Source: Candidatus Fermentibacterota bacterium (GTDB taxonomy: Bacteria > Fermentibacterota > Fermentibacteria > Fermentibacterales > JCC-6). Taken from it: DNA of 64,000 nt. Below, piece after piece: positions 46,446-56,256 of this stretch. The notes beneath the pieces are model-generated. The model saw only the letters and a list, made by a program, of their open reading frames with translations. It ran no database searches and was not told the origin of the DNA. The translations under genes and the position numbers were made by a program. Every line of letters starts with the position of its first letter. The stretch's first letter is position 1. The stretch lies in the NCBI GenBank assembly GCA_014728175.1, contig WJMA01000051.1:7279-71278 (forward strand). The letters run 5' to 3'.

Positions 46446-47987
46446 TTAGGAACGTCCCCGGTTGTGGATGCGGTTCAGGATCAGGGCGAAGCGCTCCTTC
46501 GCACCGCCCGTGTTCATCGCCTTCAGCAGCCCGTGGTACAGGGGATTCAGAAGGCGTATGAGGAACCTCAGAGGAGGAGTCTCCATGAGCTTGACCAGGG
46601 GCCGGAAGGAGAGAACCTTGAGAAGCCAGCCGGGAGCGCCCTTGTTCAGGAGGGTGAACAGAATGTTCACGTACCTGGCCTCCCGGTGGTGGTCCTCCTT
46701 CAGGTAGTGAGCCCTGGGGTCCTCTATCACTCCTTCCTCCAGGGCCTTTTTGTGGAGCTCGGTACCCGGGAAGTAGGTCAGGGAGAACAGTTGCAGCTTG
46801 CGGGGCTGCGGAAGCCGCATGGCCACCTCGAAGGTCCGTATTATTGAGTCCACGCTCTCGAAGGGGTTGTCCAGGATGATGTCGTAGGTGAGCTCGCAGG
46901 ATCCATCGGTCATCCGCTGCAGCTCCAGAGACCTTTCCACCAGCTGGTCCGGGGAAAAGTGTCCCCGCTTGTACAGCCTGTTGGTGCGGTCGGAAGCGGA
47001 CTGCAGACCCACCTCCGCTCTGTTAAGACCGGCCCTCAGCAAAGGCTGCAGCCTCTTCTCTATCATGTAGTCCTCCGTCAGAAGACAGAAGAAGGGCAGG
47101 CCTATCTCATCGCGGTACCTCTCGGTGAACGCCCTCAGGTCATCGAGCTTCACCGCCGCGAAGCAGTCGTCGACGAACACCAGGCGGTTGAACCAGGGGT
47201 ACATCTCCCTCATGGAAACCAACTCGGACATCAGGTGCTCCACGCTGCGCTTTCTGTAGAACCGCTCACCCTGGTAGAGCTCCAGCAGATAGTCGTTTAT
47301 GCAGAAGGAGCAGTGGTAGGGGCAGCCCCTGGTCCAGATCGTCTCGTAGACAACGCTGTCCGCCTCGTCGAAGTTGGAGCCCGCGGTCCAGAACTCCCTC
47401 ATAAGAAGCTCGGTCAGGGGAACTATCTCGTCGCCCAGCAGAACGTGGTGGTCGTCCAGGGAGTAATCCGGGGGAGGTACCGAGTCCAGATCGGATATCA
47501 GGGGGCGCAGGGGGTTCATAACCTCCCGCCCTTCCTTCCTGACCATCATGTTGGGGACGTCGAGAGGCCTCTCTTCCTCCTCCAGACGCCCGGCGAGCTC
47601 CAACAGGGCCTCCTCGCCCTCTCCTACGCAGACGTAGTCGGCATGCTCCAGGCACTCCTCCGGAGACACGGTTGGATGGACCCCGCCCCAGACCACCGGA
47701 ACGGAGATCCTCTCCCTCACCCTGTCGGTCAGGTCACCGACTTTATGGAAATAATTGGTCGCCAGGGAGAATCCGACCAAACCCGCGTCCTGGCACAGCT
47801 CTACCAGCTGATCGACCGCCCGGTCGGGGTAGTTGCCCACGAAGTCTACGCCGTTGGTGGCCATGGACACTACGTCCGGCATGAACACCAGCCTGGTGGA
47901 GTGTCCCTTCCTCTTCAGATATGAGCTGAGCACGCGAATGCCCAGAGTTGTGAGCTGGGAATAGGGAGAGACGAGCACGATCCTCAC
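46446..47987 (-). CDS. B12-binding radical SAM protein, tandem paralog 1
   Basis: MRIVLVSPY... B12 domain plus TRGCPYHCSFCIN; 513 aa. About 60% identical to the next two genes. Confidence 0.8.
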   Translation of the reverse strand: MRIVLVSPYSQLTTLGIRVLSSYLKRKGHSTRLVFMPDVVSMATNGVDFVGNYPDRAVDQLVELCQDAGLVGFSLATNYFHKVGDLTDRVRERISVPVVWGGVHPTVSPEECLEHADYVCVGEGEEALLELAGRLEEEERPLDVPNMMVRKEGREVMNPLRPLISDLDSVPPPDYSLDDHHVLLGDEIVPLTELLMREFWTAGSNFDEADSVVYETIWTRGCPYHCSFCINDYLLELYQGERFYRKRSVEHLMSELVSMREMYPWFNRLVFVDDCFAAVKLDDLRAFTERYRDEIGLPFFCLLTEDYMIEKRLQPLLRAGLNRAEVGLQSASDRTNRLYKRGHFSPDQLVERSLELQRMTDGSCELTYDIILDNPFESVDSIIRTFEVAMRLPQPRKLQLFSLTYFPGTELHKKALEEGVIEDPRAHYLKEDHHREARYVNILFTLLNKGAPGWLLKVLSFRPLVKLMETPPLRFLIRLLNPLYHGLLKAMNTGGAKERFALILNRIHNRGRS

Positions 47988-48040
47988 GGGAACAACCCCC
48001 GAAAACAGTCGAGCGGGCGCTATGCCCGCAATTTCGTGGC

Positions 48041-48070
48041 ATTATGTGCCCGCCGCGGAGCGGACGTCAA
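48041..48070 (-). promoter_or_regulatory. Sigma70-like promoter TTGACG-18nt-CATAAT for rSAM paralog 1
   Basis: The reverse complement of 48041-48070 reads TTGACGtccgctccgcggcgggcaCATAAT. It lies ~55 nt upstream of the start at 47987. Confidence 0.45.
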
Positions 48071-49611
48071 GGAAGCTCGTCCGCCTCCTCCATGTTCTCG
48101 AAGATCCGGGTGAAGTTCTCCTTGGCCCAGGCTCGCCGTGCTCTCCTTATCCTCTTCCAGACAATGGGCTGCAGACGGTTGAACAGGAAGCGGAAGGGTG
48201 GAGATTCCATTAGGTACACCAGGGGAGGGAAGGACAGGATCCTGAAGAGCCACGTAGGAATCTTTCTGTTGAGCAGCACGAAGAGGAAATTGATGTACCT
48301 GGCCTCCCGCTTCTCGTTGTCCTTGAGGTAATGCACTCTGGGATCCTCTATTGTTCCATCCTCCAGAGCCTTCCGGTGCAGCTCTATGCCCGGATAGAAG
48401 GTGAACGAGAACAGATGGAGCCACTTGGGCTCCGGGAGCTTCGCGGCCAGGCGGAGGGTCTTCAGATGGTCGCTCACGGTCTCGTACGGGTTGTCCAGAA
48501 TGATGTCGTAGTTTATACGTGCCCTTCCCCCGGATAGATCGGCGAAATCGAGCGTCCGCTCGACGAACTGGTCGGACGAGAAGTGCTTCCTCCTGTAAAT
48601 CTCGTTCATTCTCGGCGATGCGGTCTGCAGCCCCATCTCCACCATTCTCAGGCCGGCATCCAGCAGGGGCTCCACTCTGGGCGGCACCATGTAGGAATCC
48701 GTGAACAGTGTGAAAAACGGCTTGTCTATCTCAGCCTTGTACCGCTGCGAGAATTTCCTGAGCTCCTCGGGCTTTGCGGCTGTGAAGCAGTCGTCCGTGA
48801 AGACCACGTGGGTGAACCAGGGGAACCTCTCCTTTATATGGCTCAGCTCTGACATCAGATGGTCCACGCTTCGCCTGCGGAAGTAGCTCTCCCCCTTGTA
48901 GAGGTGGAGGAGGTGGTCGTTTATGCAGAACGAACAGTGGTAGGGGCAGCCCCTGGTGTACTGGGTCTCGTAGATGATGTCGTTCTCGCATTCGAAGTAG
49001 GAGCATGCGGTCCAGTACTTTCTCATGAGGGACTCGGTAAGGGGCTTTATGGTGTCGCCCACCAGAACGTGGTGGTCATCAAGCGAGTAATCGGGTATGG
49101 GCACGGTGTCGAGATTCTCGATCAGCGGGTGGAGGGGATTTCTTGCCACCTCGCCGCCGGACCTGGACCAGGTGTTGGGCACGTCTGTGGGACACTCTTC
49201 GATCTCGAGGCGGTTTGCAAGCTCCAGCAAGGCATCCTCGCACTCTCCCAGGCAGACGTAGTCGGCGTAGTCCAGGCATTCCTCAGGGGAGACTGTCGGA
49301 TGCGCGCCTCCCCAGACCACCGGAATGGATAGTCTCTCCCTAAGCGCCTTGCTAAGCTCTGACACCTTGTAGAAGTAATTGGTCATCAGTGAGAAGCCCA
49401 CCAGGCCGGCGTCCTGGCAAAGCTCGATGAGCTGCTCGTCCACACCCTCGGGATAGCTGGCCGAAAAATCGCTGCAGGAAGAAATAATCGACCTTACGTC
49501 GGGCAGAAACACCAGTCTCGTACTGTGTCCGTTCTTCCTCAGATACGAGCTGAGACAGCGCACGCCCATGGATGCAAGCTCGATGTAGGGCGAAACCAGA
49601 ACAACCTTCAT
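48067..49611 (-). CDS. B12-binding radical SAM protein, tandem paralog 2
   Basis: MKVVLVSPY... plus TRGCPYHCSFCIN; 514 aa. Confidence 0.8.
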   Translation of the reverse strand: MKVVLVSPYIELASMGVRCLSSYLRKNGHSTRLVFLPDVRSIISSCSDFSASYPEGVDEQLIELCQDAGLVGFSLMTNYFYKVSELSKALRERLSIPVVWGGAHPTVSPEECLDYADYVCLGECEDALLELANRLEIEECPTDVPNTWSRSGGEVARNPLHPLIENLDTVPIPDYSLDDHHVLVGDTIKPLTESLMRKYWTACSYFECENDIIYETQYTRGCPYHCSFCINDHLLHLYKGESYFRRRSVDHLMSELSHIKERFPWFTHVVFTDDCFTAAKPEELRKFSQRYKAEIDKPFFTLFTDSYMVPPRVEPLLDAGLRMVEMGLQTASPRMNEIYRRKHFSSDQFVERTLDFADLSGGRARINYDIILDNPYETVSDHLKTLRLAAKLPEPKWLHLFSFTFYPGIELHRKALEDGTIEDPRVHYLKDNEKREARYINFLFVLLNRKIPTWLFRILSFPPLVYLMESPPFRFLFNRLQPIVWKRIRRARRAWAKENFTRIFENMEEADELP

Positions 49612-49661
49612 AGGCGAAAACCCCGCGGCGGAATCTAAGGATGCCTGAAATTCCCCTTCGG

Positions 49662-49690
49662 GATTATTTACTTGCTGCCATTATACGTCA
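49662..49690 (-). promoter_or_regulatory. Sigma70-like promoter TTGACG-17nt-AATAAT for rSAM paralog 2
   Basis: The reverse complement reads TTGACGtataatggcagcaagtaAATAAT. A TATAAT copy directly abuts the -35 element. Confidence 0.4.
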
Positions 49691-49723
49691 AGGAAATACC
49701 GCTGAGACCCCGCTGAATAAGCA

Positions 49724-51303
49724 TCAGGCAGGCGTATCGGCCTTGCTCTCGACATCCGCAGAGCTCTCCGTCCGACGCGGCGATCCCTCGTCCAGCATGC
49801 CGGCGAAGTTCTGCTCGGCCCATCTTATCCGGTCGGCGCGCAGCATTCTCCAGTACAGAGGCTTGAGAAGACCGAACAGGAACCGAAAGGGCGGGGACTC
49901 CATCAACCGTACCCATGGCTTGAAGGCCAGGATCTTGAGCATCCATCGGGGTACGCCCTTGTTTAGAAGAGTGAACAGGAAATTTACGTAGCGGGCCTCG
50001 CGGTGATGGTTGTCCTTCGTATAGTGAACTCTGGGGTCCTCAATTGTTCCGTCCGCCAGGGCTTTCCGATGCAGCTCTATGCCCGGATAGAAGGTGAACG
50101 AGAACAGGTGGAGCTTCTTGGGCGGGGGCAGCCTTTCCGCAAGCCATAGGGTCTTGAGCAGGGCGTCGACGTCGTCGTAGGGATTGTCCAGAATGATGTC
50201 GTATATGATCGGAACCTCGCCCTCGGTCAGCTCCGTGAACCGCCTGGCCCTTCTCAGAATCCTCTCCGGGGAAAAGTGCGGCCTTCTGTACAGCCGGTTG
50301 GTTCTGTCGTCTGCCGACTGCAAGCCCACCTCCACTATCTGCATCCCGGCTTTCTTCAACGGCTCTATCCTTTCGTCCACCATGTACGTATCCGTGAACA
50401 GGCAGAAGAAGGGAACCCCTATCTCCTCCCTGTAGCGCTGGGCGAAATGCTGCAGCTGCTCGACCGGGTTCGCCGTGAAGCAGTCGTCGGTGAATACGAT
50501 GTTGTTGAACCATGGGAAGCGCTCCCTGATGGATGTAAGCTCCGTCATCAGGTGGTCGACGCTCCGCCTGCGGAAGAACCTCTCCTCACCGTACAGGCCC
50601 AGGAGGTATCCGTTGATGCAGAACGAGCAGTGGTAGGGGCAGCCCCTGGTCCACATGGTCTCGTATATGACCTCGTCGGGCTGGTCGAAGTAGGAGCAGG
50701 CCGTCCAGAACGTCCGCATCAGGGACTCGTCCAGGGGGACTATCCGGTCCCCGAGGAGAACGTGGTGATCCTGCAGCGAGTAATCGAGTTGGGGCAGAGA
50801 GTCCAGATCGATTATTAGAGGCTTCAGCGGGTTGCGGACCACTTTCCCGTCGACCAGGTTGAGCATGTTGCCCACGTCCTTGGGGTTCTCTCCCTTCTCC
50901 AGCCTGTCCGCCAGCTCCAGAATGGAGTCCTCTCCCTCTCCCACGCAAACGTAGTCGGCGTACTCCAGGCATTCCTCCGGCGATATGGTGGGGTGAACGC
51001 CTCCCCAGACTACGGGCACGGATAGCCTTTCCCGCACCGTCCTGCTCAGCTCTGCGACCTTGAAAAAGTAGTTCGTGGACAGGGAGAACGCCACCAGGTC
51101 GGCATCGGTGCAGAGATCCACCAACTGCTCGTCCACCCCTTCCGGGTACGGCTGGGCGTAGTCGGAGCCCTTGTCTCTGGTGGAGATTACGTCCGGCAGG
51201 AAAATCAGCCTGGTTCGATGGCCGTGGGCCTTTAGATAGGCACCTATAGACCTCACCCCGATCGATGTAAGCTGGGCGTAGGGTGAGATGATCGCGACGA
51301 GCA
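49724..51303 (-). CDS. B12-binding radical SAM protein, tandem paralog 3
   Basis: MLVAIISPY... plus TRGCPYHCSFCIN. The start was trimmed to MLVAII (~51303). Confidence 0.8.
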
Positions 51304-51357
51304 TTTGGCTCCCCCCGGAAACTAAGACGGACGGGCCTTCACCCACTATGGTTTGGC

Positions 51358-51387
51358 CATTATACGAGCCCCGTTAACAAGCCGTCA
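51358..51387 (-). promoter_or_regulatory. Sigma70-like promoter TTGACG-18nt-TATAAT for rSAM paralog 3
   Basis: The reverse complement reads TTGACGgcttgttaacggggctcgTATAAT, ~55 nt upstream of the ATG, with a GGGGGAG Shine-Dalgarno. Confidence 0.45.
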
Positions 51388-51396
51388 AGTAAGCGT

Positions 51397-52219
51397 CTAT
51401 GCACTCTTTTCGGTGCTACGCCGATCCGAATCGAGACCCATAGCCAAAGCCCAGGACAAGGCCAGAAGGCAAACCGTAAGAACCGGGGAGGACTCCGGTC
51501 CGAAGCCGGCCCACAGAGGATTTCTCTGGCTGAGAACGGAGGGCAGCTGGAAGCCGCTCACCCTCCAACCCAGCACCATTCCGGTGGTCAGGTTCCAGCC
51601 GTAGTGAACCAGGATGGGAGCGATTATTCCGCCACTGGCCATTCTGAGCAGACACAGCAACACTCCGAACAGACCTATGTTGACTACCGCCAAAGGCCCG
51701 GCCCCCGGATTTGCGGAGTGAGCGACGGCGAACAGCAGGGAAGACAACCCAATTCCGATGTACGACCGGCCACAGAAGCTCAAGGTGTCCAGGAAGTACA
51801 GCCTGAACACGATCTCCTCCGCGGAGGCGGCCAGGATCAAGGCCAGAGCGGCGACCAGCCATTTCCCGGGCAGCGCGGTACCCAGGCTGGGATTCCCGAG
51901 CGTGGAGACGTAGACGAAGGGCAGCAGCAGGGCCGCGGCCGAGAGCAGGATCAGGTCCGGGTTCCGCAGCCGCCATCTTCCGAATACCGGGTGCACGCAA
52001 AGCAGGAAGGGCAGTAGAAGGGTAGAAGCGGCCATTCCCCCCAGGGCGGCCCGGACCAGAAAGTCGTCGCTGCCGGCCAACCGGGCAAAGAGATCGCTGG
52101 CACAGCTCCACGTGAGCACCCCTGAGAGAAGAACCAGCCTGGTGGCTACATCCTTCAATCGGTGGCCGGCAGCGCAGGTATCGGCGTCCGTCAACTCCTC
52201 AGATGGAAAGGCCTGGAAC
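51397..52219 (-). CDS. CPBP family intramembrane glutamic endopeptidase (CAAX protease/Abi-like)
   Basis: EEIVFR (EExxxR), FAVAHS (FxxxH) and HYGWN motifs within a multi-helix membrane protein. The start was taken at MFQAF. Confidence 0.65.
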
Positions 52220-54161
52220 ATCTGATGATCTCCATGAAGCTCTCCGCCTCGAGGCTGGCCCCGCCCACCAGTACGCCGTTGACGTGGGGCTGGCTGAGTA
52301 TCTCGAAAGCGTTCTTCGGCTTCACGCTTCCCCCGTAGATTATCCGCAGTGAAAGCGCTTCCCTGGTACCGGTCAGCTCCTCCACCCAGCCCCGTATCAA
52401 TCCGTGCACTCTGTTGGCTTCCTCGGCGGTGGCGGTTTTGCCCGTACCGATGGCCCACACCGGCTCGTAGGCGATTGCCAGGTTGAACGGGTTCCAGCAG
52501 TCCAGGTTCTCCAGGGCTGCCAGGACTTGACCTCTCACCACCTCCTCGGTGCGGTCGGCTTCCCGTTCCTCCAGGAGCTCGCCCACGCACAGAACGCCTC
52601 TCAACCCGTACCTGAGCCCGGCCTCCAGTTTCCTGGCCACCGTCTCGTCGTTCTCACCCAGCACGTGCCGGCGCTCGCTGTGGCCGGCCAGGAACCAGCA
52701 ACCACCCGCGTCGGCTATCATCCCCGGGCTAACCTCGCCCGTATAGGCTCCCTGGAGCTCGTAGTAAATGTCCTGGGCGCCGGTCTGCACCCCAGTCTCC
52801 CATGCGGGTCGGGAGAGCTCCGACAACAGGGTGAAGGAGGGGAACAGCACCACCTCCGCGGCCTCCGAGGGAACCATCTCCTCGTCCAGGCTTCGGAGGA
52901 AGCTCCGGGCGTGGGAGGGGTCGCCGTTCATCTTCCAGTTGCCCCCGATCAGTGGTCGCAGAGGCGGAGGGTTTTCGCTCAGAGGATGCAGAGCGACGAG
53001 CTGCTCACCCTTCAGCAGGGTCAGGGACGCTCCTCCGCCGGTGGAGACGAAGCTGACGGAGTCGGCTCTACCGGCCTCCGCCACCGCTCTGGCCGAATCG
53101 CCGCCTCCCACCAGGGTAGTGGCGCCCTTTTCCGTAGCCCTGGAAAGGGACTCCGCCATGGCCCTGGTCGCCTTGTCGAAGGGAGGGACCTCGAACATTC
53201 CCATGGGCCCGTTCCAGATCACGGTTCCACTCTCCATGATCAGCCCGTCGAACTCCTCGACGGTCCTCTCTCCCACGTCCAGGCCGGCCGCGTCCTCCGG
53301 CATCTCCGAGGAGTCGACCGTGGTCGCCCGGGAAGGCTCCTCCGCCGACGGGGCCACCACTACGTCCGAAGGAAGAACCAGCCTGGTTCCCTCTGACTCG
53401 GCCATCTCCATTATCCTCCCGGCCGTATCCACGCTGTCCTCCTCCAACAGGCTCCGCCCGACTTCCAGGCCCTTCGCTCTGAGGAAGGTGAATGCCATGG
53501 CCCCTCCGACCAGCAGGTTGTCGACCCGGGGTATGAGATTCTCCATCACCTCGACCTTGTCGGAAACCTTGGCCCCGCCCATCAGCAGCGTAACCGGGGC
53601 CTCGGGCTCGGTGGTCGCCTTCTCGAAGGCGGACAGCTCCTTCTCCACCAGCATCCCGATGTAGCCTCCGCCCATTGCCTCGGGTACTCCGTGCATCGAG
53701 GCATGCTTCCGGTGGCAGGTGGCGAAGGCGTCGTTCACGTAGACGTCCACCAGGGAAGCCAGCTTCCGGGCGAACTCCCGGTCGTTGGCCTTCTCTCCCT
53801 CCCGGAAGCGGAGGTTCTCCAGCAGGATTACCTGGCCCGGCCTCATGCCCGCGACCATGCTCTTCACCCTCTCTCCCACGCAGTCGGGCGCGAACAGAAC
53901 GGGCACTCCCAGGATGCCCGATATCCGCCGGGCCACCGGAACCAGGCTGAGCTCCGGATCAGGCCGGCCCCCGGGCCGCCCCAGATGGCTGGCCAGTACG
54001 ACTATGCCTCCACCCGCGATCAACCTGTGCAGGGTGGGCAACATGGCCGTGATTCGGGTATCGTCAGCTACCTTGCCGTTTTTCAGTGGAACGTTGAGGT
54101 CGGCCCTGAGGAAGACCCTTCTTCCCGCGACGTCCGCGTCCCTTACGGATGCGTACCTCAC
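52191..54161 (-). CDS. pgk-tpiA: Phosphoglycerate kinase - triosephosphate isomerase fusion protein
   Basis: The PGK part (RVFLRADLNVP...GGGAS) is continuous in frame with the TIM part (IGGNWKMNG...). A GTG start at ~54161 (VRYASV) overlaps the gap stop; the ATG at 54233 would overlap gap by 75 nt. Confidence 0.75.
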   Translation of the reverse strand: MRYASVRDADVAGRRVFLRADLNVPLKNGKVADDTRITAMLPTLHRLIAGGGIVVLASHLGRPGGRPDPELSLVPVARRISGILGVPVLFAPDCVGERVKSMVAGMRPGQVILLENLRFREGEKANDREFARKLASLVDVYVNDAFATCHRKHASMHGVPEAMGGGYIGMLVEKELSAFEKATTEPEAPVTLLMGGAKVSDKVEVMENLIPRVDNLLVGGAMAFTFLRAKGLEVGRSLLEEDSVDTAGRIMEMAESEGTRLVLPSDVVVAPSAEEPSRATTVDSSEMPEDAAGLDVGERTVEEFDGLIMESGTVIWNGPMGMFEVPPFDKATRAMAESLSRATEKGATTLVGGGDSARAVAEAGRADSVSFVSTGGGASLTLLKGEQLVALHPLSENPPPLRPLIGGNWKMNGDPSHARSFLRSLDEEMVPSEAAEVVLFPSFTLLSELSRPAWETGVQTGAQDIYYELQGAYTGEVSPGMIADAGGCWFLAGHSERRHVLGENDETVARKLEAGLRYGLRGVLCVGELLEEREADRTEEVVRGQVLAALENLDCWNPFNLAIAYEPVWAIGTGKTATAEEANRVHGLIRGWVEELTGTREALSLRIIYGGSVKPKNAFEILSQPHVNGVLVGGASLEAESFMEIIRCSRPFHLRS

Positions 54162-55174
54162 AGGCCTTTGCCCAACATGTACCGGGCCATGTCCACCATC
54201 CGGGCCGCATAGCCATACTCGTTGTCGTACCAAGAGAGTACCTTGACCAAGCCGCCGTCCATGACCCGAGTCATCTCCGCGTCGAATATCGAGCTGCGGG
54301 CGTCACCCACTATATCGGTGGACACCAGGGGCTCCTCACTGTAGCCCAGGATGCCCTGGAGCGGGCCCTCGGCCGCGGTTCTCATAGCCGAGTTCACCTG
54401 GTCGACCGTGACGTCCTTCTCCAGCTCGCAGACCAGGTCCACCAGCGAGCCGTCCGTCAGCGGTACCCTGGCCGCCATACCGTCGAGCCTTCCGTTGAGC
54501 TCGGGAATGACCAGACCCACCGCCTTCGCCGCGCCGGTGGTGGTGGGAACCAGGTTCACCGCCGCCGCCCGGCCCCGTCTGAGGTCCTTGTGGGGGAGGT
54601 CGAGAATATTCTGGTTGCTGGTGTAGGCGTGGATGGTGGTCATTATCCCCCTGCGGATACCGAACCTGTCGTGGAGAACCTTGGCCACCGGGACCAGGCA
54701 GTTGGTCGTGCAGCTGGCCGTAGACAGCACCGTATGGCTGCCGGGGTTGTAAAGTTCGTGGTTGACCCCGTAGACCACGGTCAGATCGGCCCCCTCTTCG
54801 CCCTTGGCCGGGGCGCTGAGGAGGATCTTTGCCGCGCCGGCCTGGAGATGCTTGGCCGCCTTGTCCCTGGTTCTGAAAAGCCCCGTGGACTCGATCACTA
54901 TGCCCACGTCCATCTCCTCCCAGGGTAGCTTGGAGGGATCCGGCTCGGAGAGCACCTTCACCGATTCGTCTCCGGTGGTAATCACATCGCCCTCCAGGAC
55001 CACCTCACCGGGGAACTTGCCGTGAACCGAGTCGTACCTGAGCAGATAGGCCAGGGTGGCGGGATCGGTAATGTCGTTGACCGCCACCACGTCTATATCA
55101 CCGGTCCTCAGAGCGTGCCTGTAGACCAACCTTCCTATTCTACCGAAACCGTTTATAGCGACTTTTGTACCCAT
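54158..55174 (-). CDS. gap: Glyceraldehyde-3-phosphate dehydrogenase
   Basis: NGFGRIGR Rossmann motif, ASCTTNCL active site and WYDNE; 338 aa. Confidence 0.95.
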   Translation of the reverse strand: MGTKVAINGFGRIGRLVYRHALRTGDIDVVAVNDITDPATLAYLLRYDSVHGKFPGEVVLEGDVITTGDESVKVLSEPDPSKLPWEEMDVGIVIESTGLFRTRDKAAKHLQAGAAKILLSAPAKGEEGADLTVVYGVNHELYNPGSHTVLSTASCTTNCLVPVAKVLHDRFGIRRGIMTTIHAYTSNQNILDLPHKDLRRGRAAAVNLVPTTTGAAKAVGLVIPELNGRLDGMAARVPLTDGSLVDLVCELEKDVTVDQVNSAMRTAAEGPLQGILGYSEEPLVSTDIVGDARSSIFDAEMTRVMDGGLVKVLSWYDNEYGYAARMVDMARYMLGKGL

Positions 55175-55189
55175 ATTTTTCGGTGCCTC

Positions 55190-56227
55190 CTATCCGAAGA
55201 ATAACTTTGCGACGTCGTAGCGATCCTGGGGTACGGTCTTCAACTTGCCGACTGCTTCCGACAGGTCGACCGGTACTATCTCTCCGCCCTTCAGGCCGGC
55301 CATCTTGCCGGCTAGTCCTTGCTCGGCCATCTCCACGACCTTCACCCCTACCCTGGTTCCCAGAACCCTGTCGAAGGCGGAAGGCTTTCCGCCCCTCTGC
55401 ACATGACCGAGAACCACGTGTCTGGTGCTCAGCTCGGTCCGGTCGCTGATCTCGTTGGACAGCACCTCGGCGATCCCTATTCCGGTTCCCAACTGGACAT
55501 GACCGAACGAGTCGGTCTCGGCCGAATGCATGATGTGCTTCCGCAACCTGGAGTCCATCGCTCCCTCGGACACGGCCACTATGGCATACTTTCTGCCCTC
55601 CTCGAACCGCCTGGTCAGGATCTGGCACACCTCGTCCGTATCGAACTCCTCCTCCGGCAGAAGTATCACGTGGGCTCCGCCGGCAATGCCTCCGTGCAGG
55701 GTTATCCATCCAGCATGGCGGCCCATGATCTCAACCACGAAGACCCTCTCGTGACTTCTGGCGGTTGTATGGAGCTTGTCCAGGGCGTCGGTTACGTAGT
55801 TGATCGCCGTGTCGAAGCCGAAGGTGTAATCGGTCGCGTTGAGGTCGTTGTCTATGGTCTTGGGAGCGCCGATCACCTTCAGGCCTTCCTCGCTCAACCT
55901 CTTGGCCACCCCCAGGGTATCCTCACCACCCGCTGCTATCAGGAAGTCTACGTTCAGGTCCCTCATGGTCTTCTCGATCTTCTCCACCCCGTTCTCGGTC
56001 TTGAGGGGATTTGCCCTGGAGGAAAGAAGAATCGTGCCTCCCTCTCGATGGATGTCCCTGACGCCGTCCAGATCGAGGTCGATCGCGGTGTTCTCCATGG
56101 CCCCCTTCCAGCCTTTGAGGAAACCCACCACGCTGTGCCCGCCCTGGACAGCCCTGTAAACGACCCCCCTGATGACCGCGTTGAGCCCCGGGGCGTCACC
56201 TCCTCCGTTCAGATAACCTAGTATCAC
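55190..56227 (-). CDS. pfp: 6-phosphofructokinase, probably pyrophosphate-dependent (PPi-PFK)
   Basis: PFK family motifs GGGDAPGLNA and MGRHAGW. Positions equivalent to E. coli Gly104 and Gly124 are Asp (GGEDT) and Lys (PKTIDND), the PPi-PFK signature. Confidence 0.7.
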   Translation of the reverse strand: MILGYLNGGGDAPGLNAVIRGVVYRAVQGGHSVVGFLKGWKGAMENTAIDLDLDGVRDIHREGGTILLSSRANPLKTENGVEKIEKTMRDLNVDFLIAAGGEDTLGVAKRLSEEGLKVIGAPKTIDNDLNATDYTFGFDTAINYVTDALDKLHTTARSHERVFVVEIMGRHAGWITLHGGIAGGAHVILLPEEEFDTDEVCQILTRRFEEGRKYAIVAVSEGAMDSRLRKHIMHSAETDSFGHVQLGTGIGIAEVLSNEISDRTELSTRHVVLGHVQRGGKPSAFDRVLGTRVGVKVVEMAEQGLAGKMAGLKGGEIVPVDLSEAVGKLKTVPQDRYDVAKLFFG

Positions 56228-56256
56228 CTGCTACCTCCCAAGCTCGAAATATTAGA

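Noticed and set aside
54162-54233. ATG at 54233 as the pgk start
   Set aside because: It would overlap gap by ~75 nt. A GTG at ~54161 gives a canonical PGK N-terminus (RVFLRADLNVP starts ~12 residues in) and a 4-nt gap/pgk overlap.
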